DNA of 64,000 nucleotides from Candidatus Woesearchaeota archaeon (lineage in GTDB: Archaea; Nanobdellota; Nanobdellia; Pacearchaeales; GW2011-AR1), in the NCBI GenBank assembly GCA_964612895.1, contig CAZTFL010000001.1, positions 371,560 to 435,559 on the forward strand. The letters run 5' to 3'. Made by a program: the position numbers and the translations under genes. The notes beneath the pieces were generated by a model. That model was not told the origin of the DNA and ran no database searches. It was given only the letters and a program-made list of their open reading frames with translations. Shown piece by piece: positions 21,786 to 31,109 of this stretch. The stretch's first letter is position 1. Every line of letters starts with the position of its first letter.

Positions 21786-22262
21786 TTATGGTGTTGTTAC
21801 CCAAAATATAACATCTGCCTCCTGAAAAGATTGTACATTCCCTGAATAATTTATCAAATCAAGATACATATATACTCTTTCAGTTCTTGTTCCACCAACT
21901 TCAGATGGTTTTGATATTGTAAGAGAATACTCCCCTATTGTTTTTAGTGTATCACTTAATATATTCTTAAATGCTAAATTTGTAAATATTTCATAGGCTC
22001 CTGTATTAGCTTCATCAAAAACTACTTCTGGACTAACAACAACATCCACTGTACCTATGTTTTTTATATCTAAATCTGTACGATTTGAGAGATATCCAGA
22101 TGCAATACTTCCTATTTCAATAGAATTTGGAATTGTTATTCCTATTGTTGATTCCAATATATCAGCAGATACATGCATAACGGGATTTTCATTAGCTGCA
22201 AGTATAAAATTAGAACAAAACAATATTCCAATCATTATTAAACCAATGTTTTTTATCTTCAT
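21786..22262 (-). CDS. Small secreted beta-rich protein (158 aa) with a strong SD
   Basis: Signal peptide ...FILAANE; AAGGAGGT lies 7 nt upstream of the ATG on the reverse strand; the mature domain is rich in I/G/S/T/V. Confidence 0.45.
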   Translation of the reverse strand: MKIKNIGLIMIGILFCSNFILAANENPVMHVSADILESTIGITIPNSIEIGSIASGYLSNRTDLDIKNIGTVDVVVSPEVVFDEANTGAYEIFTNLAFKNILSDTLKTIGEYSLTISKPSEVGGTRTERVYMYLDLINYSGNVQSFQEADVIFWVTTP

Positions 22263-22421
22263 GCTTACCTCCTTTTGTATTTAGAATTTTTTTTAATATT
22301 AAATTTTTAAGAAAAATTTTGGATAAATAAAATATATTATTATCAATAGTTTAATGTTTAAAATATTTTTATTTTTTAAAAAACTTAAAATTTATAAACC
22401 GTATTCCCGCTAGTCATTTGT

Positions 22422-22495
22422 GAGCCCGTAGCGCAGCCAGGTAGCGCACCGCTCTGATAAGGCGGGGGTCCTGGGTCCAAATCCCAGCGGGCTCA
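22422..22495 (+). tRNA. tRNA-Ile (GAU)
   Basis: GAGCCCG acceptor, GCGC D-stem, anticodon arm CCGCU-CUGAUAA-GGCGG, T-arm CUGGGUCCAAAUCCCAG, discriminator A. Confidence 0.85.
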
Positions 22496-22541
22496 TGGTT
22501 TAAACAATAAACTTTATAAATAGATTTTTCAAAGATTAAAT

Positions 22542-23111
22542 ATGGGACTTACTAAGTATCTTAGAGAGGCATGGAAAAAGCCTGATATGAAATTATTAAG
22601 AGAAAGAATGATTGAATGGAGAACTGGTGATTCTATAGTTCGTGTTGAACATCCATTAAGAATTGATAGAGCTAGATCTCTGGGATATAAGGCTAAACAA
22701 GGAGTTGTTGTTGTTAGAGTTAGAATTATGAGAGGAGGACATAAAAGAATTAGACCGAATAAAGCTCGTAGATCTAAAAGATTACATAATAGAAAAAATT
22801 TAAGGATGAATTATCGTGAAATTGCAGAACAAAGAGCTGGTAGGAAATACAAAAATATGGAAGTTTTAAATTCTTATCAAATTGGAAAGGATGGAGTGCA
22901 TTATTTTTATGAAGTTATATTAGTAGATAGAGTTGCTCCTCAGATTGTGAGTGATAAAGAATTATCTTTTGTTACAAAACCTGCCAATAGAGGACGTGTA
23001 TTTAAGGGATTAACTTCTGCTGGAAAAAAGGCTAGAGGACATCGTCATTCTAGAATAAAAGTTCCAAAAGCATATCCTTCTTTGAGAGCTAATGGGCGAA
23101 GAGGAAATTAA
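22542..23111 (+). CDS. rpl15e: Ribosomal protein L15e
   Basis: MGLTKYLREAWKKP...RIDRARSLGYKAKQGVVVVRVR matches the L15e family end to end. Confidence 0.9.
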   Translation: MGLTKYLREAWKKPDMKLLRERMIEWRTGDSIVRVEHPLRIDRARSLGYKAKQGVVVVRVRIMRGGHKRIRPNKARRSKRLHNRKNLRMNYREIAEQRAGRKYKNMEVLNSYQIGKDGVHYFYEVILVDRVAPQIVSDKELSFVTKPANRGRVFKGLTSAGKKARGHRHSRIKVPKAYPSLRANGRRGN

Positions 23112-23112
23112 T

Positions 23113-23307
23113 ATGAGAAGAAATAAGAGATTTTATAGAGCTAATGCAAAAGATTCTATGATTGGAGGGGTTTGTGCAGGAGTTGCTGAATATTTTGATA
23201 TAGATCCGACTTTTGTTAGAATATTATGGGCTACTTTTGGACTTGTTTATGGTGGTGGGATTATAGCTTATTTGTTGTTTTGGATAATTGCACCTCGAAA
23301 AAGTTAA
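23113..23307 (+). CDS. PspC-domain small membrane protein
   Basis: MIGGVCAGVAEYFDIDPTFVRIL is the PspC motif, followed by a TM helix. Start chosen at ATG 23113, with AGAGGA upstream; the six-frame ORF began at 23092 inside rpl15e. Confidence 0.6.
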   Translation: MRRNKRFYRANAKDSMIGGVCAGVAEYFDIDPTFVRILWATFGLVYGGGIIAYLLFWIIAPRKS

Positions 23308-23393
23308 TTATTATAGTAAGGTTTTTAAATATCTAAATTTTTTGTTATATATACAATTTGAATAGTGGAGTTAATTAATTATTAAATTCTAAT

Positions 23394-24986
23394 ATGAAAG
23401 ATAAAAAAACAAATAAAGATTATGATAAAGAAAATCATTTAAGTCACATTGATTGTGATAAAATTGATTTTTCGTTTTCTGGAAAGAGAATTATAGTAAG
23501 TGGTGTAGTCCAAAGAATAATTCAAACAGCAGGTCCTACTATTTTTGAAATAAATGATGGAACTGGAAACTTATCATTAAAGGCATTTGTATCTGCTGGA
23601 GAACGTTCTTATCCAAATATAAATGAAGGTGATGTTATTCTTTCTATTATAAAAATTTCTGAATTTAATGGTGAAATTGAAGGAGATATAATTAAAATAT
23701 CAAAAAAAACTGGAGAAGATGCTGAAAAAATAATTAAAAATATAGAATATAAATTAAGGAAAAAAGCAAAAGTAAATTTTAATTCATTTTTGATTGATTC
23801 TCCAATTTTAGATAAATTAAAAAACAAAATGATTAAAGCTGCTGAGGAAATCCGTTTAGCAGTATTGCAAAATAGACCAATAATTGTTAGACACCATAAT
23901 GATGCGGATGGTTATGCTTCCGGATTTGCTTTAGAGAAAGCTATTATACCTTTAATAGAAAAACAACATGCGACACCAAAAGCTTCGTGGGAATATTTTG
24001 TAAGAGCTCCTTCATCTGCGCCGTATTATGAAATAGATGATTCTATTAGAGATACTGCTTCTTCTCTAAGAAATGCTGCAAAATTTTCGAACAAAATGCC
24101 ACTAATCATTATTGCTGATAATGGTTCTACTGAAGAAGATTTAATTGCAATACAGCAAGTAAAAATTCATGGTTCTGATGTAATTGTAATAGATCATCAT
24201 CCTTATGAAGAAGATGTTATAACAAAAGAAGTTGTTGAACATATAAATCCATTTTTAGTTGAAGAGAGTGGGGATATGTTTTCCGCAGGAATGTTATGTA
24301 CTGAATTAGCATTAATTATTAATCCTACAATTAGTAATATCGAAATGATACCTGCAATGTCTGGATTAGCAGATAGAATTGATATTGCAAATAAAAAAGA
24401 TGTTGATAAATATTGTGAGATTGCATCAAAAAAGGGATATTCTAAAAAACTATTAAGTGAGATTGCATTAGTTATTGAATATACTTCTACAAAATTAAAA
24501 TTTATGGAAGCAAGAGAATATATTGAAGTATTATTTGGAGAACCTCGTGAACAGCAAAGAAAACTAGTTGAATTAATGGCTCCTTACATAAAGAGTCTAG
24601 ATGAAAAAGGGCTTTTAATCGCAAAAAGCAACAGAACACTTGAAAAAATAAATGGGAAGACTCTTCAGATAATAAATATTGACGAAACTTTCCCTGGATT
24701 TGGTTTCTTTCCAAAACCTGGTAGAGCTGTTGGTTTAATTCATGACGATATTAAAAATGATGGAATTATTTCTTTAATAAGTGTTGGTGTAATGAATACT
24801 GCTATGACATTTAGAGCAACAGATTTGGCTAATTTTTCTGTTCATGAATTTATTAATTATGTTAAAAAGAAAGACCCTGAAAGTTTTATTGAGGGTGGTG
24901 GACATAAAAATGCTGGCTCCGTAACCTTTTTGCCATATAAGAAAAATATTATTCTAGAACTTTTAAAAGAATTTTTGAATAATTAA
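23394..24986 (+). CDS. DHH/DHHA1 phosphoesterase with an N-terminal OB-fold (archaeal RecJ/Cdc45-like nuclease)
   Basis: OB-like N-terminus; HHNDADG (motif II/III), IDHHP (DHH), GGGHKNAG (DHHA1 GGGH). Confidence 0.65.
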   Translation: MKDKKTNKDYDKENHLSHIDCDKIDFSFSGKRIIVSGVVQRIIQTAGPTIFEINDGTGNLSLKAFVSAGERSYPNINEGDVILSIIKISEFNGEIEGDIIKISKKTGEDAEKIIKNIEYKLRKKAKVNFNSFLIDSPILDKLKNKMIKAAEEIRLAVLQNRPIIVRHHNDADGYASGFALEKAIIPLIEKQHATPKASWEYFVRAPSSAPYYEIDDSIRDTASSLRNAAKFSNKMPLIIIADNGSTEEDLIAIQQVKIHGSDVIVIDHHPYEEDVITKEVVEHINPFLVEESGDMFSAGMLCTELALIINPTISNIEMIPAMSGLADRIDIANKKDVDKYCEIASKKGYSKKLLSEIALVIEYTSTKLKFMEAREYIEVLFGEPREQQRKLVELMAPYIKSLDEKGLLIAKSNRTLEKINGKTLQIINIDETFPGFGFFPKPGRAVGLIHDDIKNDGIISLISVGVMNTAMTFRATDLANFSVHEFINYVKKKDPESFIEGGGHKNAGSVTFLPYKKNIILELLKEFLNN

Positions 24987-25384
24987 CAACAATATAATTT
25001 TCCTTTTTCGCCTTCTTTTAATTCTCCAATTGGATTAGAAAATTTTCTTATATTTTCAATCATTTCTTTATTTTGTTTAAGTTCTTTATTCATTATTACC
25101 ATTGCTTCTCTTGCTTTTACTATTTTATCACATATTTTTAAATTTAAAGGACATTTCTCTTCACAAGCTTTACAAAGATTACACTTAAAAATTACCTCAT
25201 CTAATATATTATTTGATAGTATTATTGATTTTCCCCTCGGAGATACGTTTTCTTCTCTTAAAATCTTAAAAACTGGGCATAGATTTTTACACATACCACA
25301 TTTTATACACTTTACTAATTCTGAAGAGATATCTTCCAATATATTATTAACTTGTATTTTTTTTTGTTTATTATCATCTTCCAT
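24983..25384 (-). CDS. 2x[4Fe-4S] ferredoxin-domain protein (HdrD/GlcF N-terminal-like)
   Basis: CIKCGMCKNLCP and CNLCKACEEKCP cluster-binding motifs. Confidence 0.6.
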   Translation of the reverse strand: MEDDNKQKKIQVNNILEDISSELVKCIKCGMCKNLCPVFKILREENVSPRGKSIILSNNILDEVIFKCNLCKACEEKCPLNLKICDKIVKAREAMVIMNKELKQNKEMIENIRKFSNPIGELKEGEKGKLYCC

Positions 25385-25450
25385 ATGATTTTTAATATTT
25401 AAGAGTATAAAAAAGTTTGTTGAAATAAATAATTTTATGAATTATTAATT

Positions 25451-26137
25451 TTAATTAAAACTATGCGCATATTGTTTTAATATTTCTATTTCTTTATTTG
25501 AAATAGCGGTCCCTTTATATTTTACACCATATAATAATGCATCTATAAGATCTTTTGATTTTTTTATACCTATTATATTTTTTTTATATGCTATAAATAA
25601 TAATTCAGCTGAACGTATTATCTTATGATTTTGAATACTTTTAATTGAATTAATATTAATATCTAAATTTGTATGTAATTTTTTTTCCATCATTTCTTCA
25701 AGCTTTTCTGGTCGTTCACTCAAAAATCTTGTAGTTCTTTCATCTACTACTATCATTGATTGTTCTTTGGCCAAATTACAAAATGCTAAACAACTAGCTT
25801 CCCCTTCTTGTATTATATTTATCTTTTTACCATCCTGATTGTAAGATAATATATTATTAGATTCTTTGAGTACTTTTTGAGTTTCTTTTTTTAAATTATT
25901 TTCATCAATATAATTGTTAGCATTCTTCAATATACCTTCATCAATCAAATTTTGTATTTTTATTGCTTCAAGTTTATATTTTTTTATTTTCATTGGTCTA
26001 TCAACTACTTCATATTTTACAGAATTTGTAATAATAAATTCTCCTCGGAAAACTTGTTTTAAATTTTTTAATACATCTAATAATCCATTTAATGTTAAGG
26101 ATATTAATGGTCCAGCATCAAATACTAAATATTTCAT
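25451..26137 (-). CDS. PIN_3 (DUF3368)-like nucleic-acid-binding protein, enlarged; toxin-like component
   Basis: N-terminal LVFDAGPLISL...QVFRGEFIITNSVKYEVVD matches the DUF3368 PIN-like pattern; the 4-nt overlap with the upstream gene indicates coupling. Confidence 0.45.
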   Translation of the reverse strand: MKYLVFDAGPLISLTLNGLLDVLKNLKQVFRGEFIITNSVKYEVVDRPMKIKKYKLEAIKIQNLIDEGILKNANNYIDENNLKKETQKVLKESNNILSYNQDGKKINIIQEGEASCLAFCNLAKEQSMIVVDERTTRFLSERPEKLEEMMEKKLHTNLDININSIKSIQNHKIIRSAELLFIAYKKNIIGIKKSKDLIDALLYGVKYKGTAISNKEIEILKQYAHSFN

Positions 26138-26718
26138 TCAAAAAATTCCTCTACCATTTTTATTCTATCGATTTCTGGCATGCTTTCTACCATCTGCATT
26201 TCATTTATATTAGATTGTCCTATATATGAACATAAATCCCAAAGAGAAACCCCTAATAACTTTGCTGTATGTTCCATTGATATACCGTGTTCATATAATC
26301 TTGATGCTTTATTTATTTCTGCTTTAGAAAAAATGTCTTTTATGTAATCACCTAAATTCCCATCCATTTTATTTAATGAGTTCCTTATTCCGCCGGCTAA
26401 TTGAATTGTTTTTTCATATTCATTTTGTTCTGCAGCTTTTAACATAATTTTCCAATTTGATAATAAAGAATTATAAAAAAAATCCCACCCTTCCAATCTT
26501 TTATAACTATCTCTTTGGAATATTTTACTAATTGAATAAAGTAATACTGCAATTATTATATTTGCGCTATCTTGATGTATTGTAGCAGAATGGATTGTTT
26601 GATCTGATAGATTTCTTAATTTTAATTCATCATAACTCTTTATAGAAGAATATGCTAATTTTAAAATTTTAGCAATATTTGATAAGTCTCCATATTCCTC
26701 TATAGACTCACCTTTCAT
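26134..26718 (-). CDS. UPF0175-like HTH protein (antitoxin-like) with an N-terminal extension
   Basis: C-terminal RLYEHGISMEHTAKLLGVSLWDL resembles the UPF0175 helix-turn-helix; paired with the PIN_3 gene. Confidence 0.4.
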   Translation of the reverse strand: MKGESIEEYGDLSNIAKILKLAYSSIKSYDELKLRNLSDQTIHSATIHQDSANIIIAVLLYSISKIFQRDSYKRLEGWDFFYNSLLSNWKIMLKAAEQNEYEKTIQLAGGIRNSLNKMDGNLGDYIKDIFSKAEINKASRLYEHGISMEHTAKLLGVSLWDLCSYIGQSNINEMQMVESMPEIDRIKMVEEFFE

Positions 26719-26768
26719 TATTAAATTAAATTAAAAGAATATTTAAACTTTGTTAAACTCGTCTAATT

Positions 26769-27137
26769 ATGAAAATTTTATTAGATACTAATTTTATTTT
26801 AACTTGCGTAAAACAAAAAATTGATTTCTTTAATTTGTCTGAAGAATTATTTGATTATAAAATAGAATGGATCATTCCACAACAAGTATTAAATGAACTT
26901 AATAAAATGAAAAACAAAAAAGATAAAACACTAGCAGAAATTGGATTAAATATAATTAATTTAGAAAATGTTGATATTGTAGATATTGGAAAAAATAAAA
27001 ATGTTGATATTGCCATTGTTGACTATATTACAAATAAAGACATAATTCTTGCGACTTTAGATAAAGGTTTAAAAAAAAGAATAAAAAATAAAATATTAAC
27101 TATTAGAAATAAAAAAATGCTCGAAATAATACAATAA
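26769..27137 (+). CDS. Fcf1/Utp24-like PIN domain protein (rRNA processing nuclease homologue)
   Basis: ILLDTNFIL with the PIN aspartate; ILATLDKGLKKRI matches the Fcf1 vATnDkeLrrRl motif. Confidence 0.55.
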   Translation: MKILLDTNFILTCVKQKIDFFNLSEELFDYKIEWIIPQQVLNELNKMKNKKDKTLAEIGLNIINLENVDIVDIGKNKNVDIAIVDYITNKDIILATLDKGLKKRIKNKILTIRNKKMLEIIQ

Positions 27138-27168
27138 TTCTTAAAAACATAGAAAAATAAATATAATC

Positions 27169-27723
27169 ATGGAAAATATAATTGATGATAGTATAAACAA
27201 AATAAAAAGTAAATTGTCTACTATGAATACTGAATTAAATAAAATATCCTATTTGGAAAATGTAATAAAAGAAAAGAATTATACTCTGGATGTGAAACGA
27301 TTTATTTTTTCAGAATTAGCAAAATATTATGAATTACTTAAGATGTATCGAAAGGCTGCAAAAATTATGAATAATAAAGCAAATATTGAAATTACAAAAA
27401 AAGATAAAATTGATTCTTATTTGACATCAGCTGAATTATATTCAAAACTTGGAGATGTTGATGAAGCAGAGCAAATGTTTCTTCTCGCAATAAGAGAAGC
27501 ATCATCTGAACAAAAACCTGCAGTAATGTTAGCTAAAAAAAATATTTACCAAAAATTTGCTTCTTTATTAGAAAAAAATGGGAAAAAGGCTTCGGCTATA
27601 AAGTTTTACGAACATTTAATAAAAATGGATATTGATTTAATCGAAAGAGACCAAATAAAATCAAAATTAAAAAATTATTACAATTCATTAGGTATGTTTA
27701 GAGAAGCTAAATTGCTTGAATAA
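27169..27723 (+). CDS. Hypothetical helical-repeat (TPR-like) protein
   Basis: Helical repeats with small/aromatic spacing (YYELLKMYRKAAKI..., YSKLGDVDEAEQMFLLAI). Confidence 0.3.
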   Translation: MENIIDDSINKIKSKLSTMNTELNKISYLENVIKEKNYTLDVKRFIFSELAKYYELLKMYRKAAKIMNNKANIEITKKDKIDSYLTSAELYSKLGDVDEAEQMFLLAIREASSEQKPAVMLAKKNIYQKFASLLEKNGKKASAIKFYEHLIKMDIDLIERDQIKSKLKNYYNSLGMFREAKLLE

Positions 27724-29236
27724 TTGTTTTCTTATTCTTTTTTCTAGAATTTTGTTTTAATGCTTCTTTTATTGTATAATTTATTGGATTTTTTATCCCT
27801 GATTCTGGAATCACCCCAAATTCTTGATATATCGGTTTGTCATAATTTGGAGGCATTGGTTTTTTCTTTTCAAACCAAGAGACTTGTGAATCTATGTAAT
27901 TCTGGGGTAATTTATTATAGTTTTTTTCATTCCATTCATAAATTTTTGATTGTACATATTCTTTTGAGAACCCTAATGAAAAAAAGAATGATAAAAGAAT
28001 ATACAATGCTCTTTTTCTACCATCTTTTTCTATTCCTTTTAATATATTTTTTATTACTTGTGGAAACATATCTTCAGTTATTTTCAATCCTTTTATATCG
28101 ATAGAAGAATTATTGCTAAAGTTTTTCTTTTCTGTTTTAACTTCTTTAATTTCTGCTTTATCTAATGCTTGATATAAAAGATATCTAGCTTCATTTTCTT
28201 GTGAATCCGGTATAAAATTATTTATTTCTTTTATTTTTAATGGATCTGCATCAACTGGTTTAAAATTAGGTAAATCTTCTTTTTTTAAGACAATTGAAGA
28301 CAATGCTGTTTTTTCATGTAAAGAATATGGAACTCTAAATAAATGTCTTGGAGATACTAAAATAATATCAACAACGTCAATTAATTCTTTTGCTGTTGCT
28401 TTCTTTTCAAATAATTCTGGATTTTTTTGAGAGTTCAAATTACAATTTTCACAAAAATAAACTTTTTGCATTTCGACTCTATTCATTTTAGAATTACAAG
28501 ACGGACATACCATTTGCTTTCTGTTTGATTTCATTGAATTTACAACAGAACGACATTTTAGATTTGGACAAACATATTTTCCAATTTGTTTTTCAATAAT
28601 TTTTTTCCCACATCTTTTACAAAGTATTTGATAAATACTATTACCTTTACTTTCAATATCTGTTTCATTTGATAAATTTAAAATTTCTTCTGTAATTTGA
28701 TCGTGTATTAAATCTGTCAGATAATCTGCGATTAATCTTGGCCATTCAGGAAACATATCTTTTGTTTTTTTTCCATTAACTTCTTTTGGAAATGATTTAA
28801 ATGGAATTATTATGTGAAATCCTTTATTTCCGGAAAATTTTATTCCTATGTTATTTATTCCGTGGTGTTCCAATGCTTGAATTAATAATTTAGCAGCTAT
28901 CTTTGAATAATCAAAATATTTTGAATCTATGTCTATTAGGAAATCCCATCCAATTCTTATTTTATTATAATCTTCTTTTGACATTTCTGTCTTAATATCA
29001 AGGGGATTTTGCCACAATTCTTCAGAACAATGAAAAGAAGTTGCTCCATTTTTTGAATAATTAAATATATCATTTGGATAATCTAGACAATCTGGCCTTT
29101 TTCCAAATCCTTCTAAATATCTAGGAACTGTCTCTCGGTTTTTACAAAAATCAAAAATTGCATTTTGTATTTCTTTTCTTGAGTAATATGATTGTGAAAG
29201 AGTTTGAACTCTTTTTAATTCTTTTTCATCTTCCAT
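27707..29236 (-). CDS. priS: DNA primase catalytic subunit PriS fused to a C-terminal PriCT/PriL-CTD-like helical domain
   Basis: FLIDIDSKYFD (DxD), SGNKGFHII, VPYSLHEKT primase motifs; Zn knuckle CKRCGKK...CPNLKC/CPSCNSK...CENC; C-terminal GRKRALYILLSFFFSLGFSKEYVQSKIYEWNEKNYNKLP matches PriCT_1. Confidence 0.75.
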   Translation of the reverse strand: MEDEKELKRVQTLSQSYYSRKEIQNAIFDFCKNRETVPRYLEGFGKRPDCLDYPNDIFNYSKNGATSFHCSEELWQNPLDIKTEMSKEDYNKIRIGWDFLIDIDSKYFDYSKIAAKLLIQALEHHGINNIGIKFSGNKGFHIIIPFKSFPKEVNGKKTKDMFPEWPRLIADYLTDLIHDQITEEILNLSNETDIESKGNSIYQILCKRCGKKIIEKQIGKYVCPNLKCRSVVNSMKSNRKQMVCPSCNSKMNRVEMQKVYFCENCNLNSQKNPELFEKKATAKELIDVVDIILVSPRHLFRVPYSLHEKTALSSIVLKKEDLPNFKPVDADPLKIKEINNFIPDSQENEARYLLYQALDKAEIKEVKTEKKNFSNNSSIDIKGLKITEDMFPQVIKNILKGIEKDGRKRALYILLSFFFSLGFSKEYVQSKIYEWNEKNYNKLPQNYIDSQVSWFEKKKPMPPNYDKPIYQEFGVIPESGIKNPINYTIKEALKQNSRKKNKKTIIQAI

Positions 29237-29327
29237 GTATTTAATAGAGTTTTATTCTTTTTAGAATTATTGTTATATCTTCTATAATTCTCAAAATCTT
29301 TATAAACAAAGAAATATTCCATTAATT

Positions 29328-31109
29328 ATGAGAAAAATAGGTGTATTTTTATTATTTTTATTAATCGCGAGTTTTGCATTTGTATACGCTGATGAAGAAA
29401 TATCTGAAACAAATAACAAAACTAATCTAGCGTTAGAATGTCTTAATGAAAAAATTGGAAATTCTTGTGAAAAAACTGCGGATATTCAGGAATTAGCATT
29501 AACAATATTAGCTAGACCAAAGAATGTTAATAGTTGTGTATCTAGATTAAAAGCTAATATAAGTAATAATAATTTGGGAAGTATAAAAAATACTGCATTG
29601 GGTATTATCGCTTTAAAAAATGCTGGAGAGGATGTCTCAAAAATGACTCAATGGTTAAGCAACAGAAGTATTGTTCCTATTGATATAACTTGGTATATTC
29701 AAGAACATTCAAATGGTGAATCTATTTGTAAAGTTAAATACAATGGTTCTTCCTATAATTTTTCTATAAGTCCAATAAAAAAAATAGTATCCACTCAATT
29801 GGGAAGATGTCTTGAGATTGATTCTAGTTTCTGGTTTAAAATAAATCCTTCTTGTTACGGAACTACTTTTGAATTTAGTTGTGAAAGTGATTTTAAAACA
29901 AATATTATGTATTCTAGTAGTTCTAATCAAAATACATTTTATGTTTTAGACAATACACAATCTGCAAACTCTTATGGATCAATAAAAATGAAAGTAGATT
30001 CTAAATGTTTTCCTAAACGTTTTGGAGAAACTATATGTTCATATGAGGATACTTTATGGGCTGTTTATGCATTACATTTTTTAGGTAAAGATATTTCGTC
30101 TTATCTTCCTTATTTAAACGCTATGGCAATAAATAATAAAAACTTTTTACCTTATGCTTTTTTAACTTTAGTTAATTCTGAATCTTCTAATTCTTTTTCT
30201 AGTCAATTACTAGAAGAGCAAAAAACTGAAGGGAATTGGTTTGCTAGTGGTTCTGCCTATAATAAATTTTATGATACAGCACTTGCTCTTCTTGCTCTTG
30301 GAGTAAATAATGAGATGACACAAAAAGCGGAAAGTTGGCTATGGTACAACCAAAATTCACAAAATGGATGTTGGGCCAATAGTGTAAGAGATACTGCTAT
30401 TGTATTATGGTCTTTATCAGAGAAAGAAACTCTTATTCCTTTATTGGATGTTACTTATTGTGAGATCGCTGGATTTTATTGCGTCTTAAATAGTCAATGT
30501 TCTAGTGTTAATGATTTAGGAAATCAATATTATTGTTCTGGAAGTGAATATACGTGTTGTAAAGAGTCTCCTATAAAGAGCTGTTCTGCATCTGGAGGAA
30601 AAACATGTGCATCTGGATATACATGTTCTACAACTCCAATAAGAACAACAGATAGTGATAATTGTTGTATAGGAAATTGTTTAAAAGAAGAAGTTATTCC
30701 AACAAAAACTGTCAGTGAGTGTGAAAATGAAGGATTTCTTTGTATGTCTTCTTGTAATTCAGAATATTATACAACGGTTAGTTACAATTGTGATAGTTCT
30801 TCTAAAATTTGTTGTAAACGTTTGCCTTCTAGTAATGGCGATGATGAAGTTCCTTTTTTTATATGGATTATTGTATTTGCAATATTAATTGCTGTTGGAA
30901 TTATGATTTATATTTATAGAGAAAAAATTAAACTAATGTTTTTTAAATCTAAAATAAAAAAGAACTCTAAAGATGGGAATTCAAATAATATGTCTTCAAG
31001 TGGAAGACCACCTTTTACTCCTGGAAACCATCCTGGAATTTATGGGAATGTTCCACCTCGTAGACCTCCAGTTCCATCGTATAGACCTGGATCCTCTTTT
31101 AGACCATGA
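29328..31109 (+). CDS. Large Cys-rich surface protein with prenyltransferase/terpene-cyclase-like alpha-alpha repeats, a TM anchor and a Pro-rich cytoplasmic tail
   Basis: Signal peptide. Repeats EDTLWAVYALHFLG, YDTALALLALGVN, NGCWANSVRDTAIVLWSLS. Three Cys modules with CC motifs. TM helix FFIWIIVFAILIAVGIMIYIY. Tail PPFTPGNHPGIYGNVPPRRPPVPSYRPG. Confidence 0.45.
   Translation: MRKIGVFLLFLLIASFAFVYADEEISETNNKTNLALECLNEKIGNSCEKTADIQELALTILARPKNVNSCVSRLKANISNNNLGSIKNTALGIIALKNAGEDVSKMTQWLSNRSIVPIDITWYIQEHSNGESICKVKYNGSSYNFSISPIKKIVSTQLGRCLEIDSSFWFKINPSCYGTTFEFSCESDFKTNIMYSSSSNQNTFYVLDNTQSANSYGSIKMKVDSKCFPKRFGETICSYEDTLWAVYALHFLGKDISSYLPYLNAMAINNKNFLPYAFLTLVNSESSNSFSSQLLEEQKTEGNWFASGSAYNKFYDTALALLALGVNNEMTQKAESWLWYNQNSQNGCWANSVRDTAIVLWSLSEKETLIPLLDVTYCEIAGFYCVLNSQCSSVNDLGNQYYCSGSEYTCCKESPIKSCSASGGKTCASGYTCSTTPIRTTDSDNCCIGNCLKEEVIPTKTVSECENEGFLCMSSCNSEYYTTVSYNCDSSSKICCKRLPSSNGDDEVPFFIWIIVFAILIAVGIMIYIYREKIKLMFFKSKIKKNSKDGNSNNMSSSGRPPFTPGNHPGIYGNVPPRRPPVPSYRPGSSFRP

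Noticed and set aside
23092-23112. Extended PspC start inside rpl15e
   Set aside because: The ATG at 23113 with an upstream AGAGGA gives a canonical PspC N-terminus without overlapping rpl15e.
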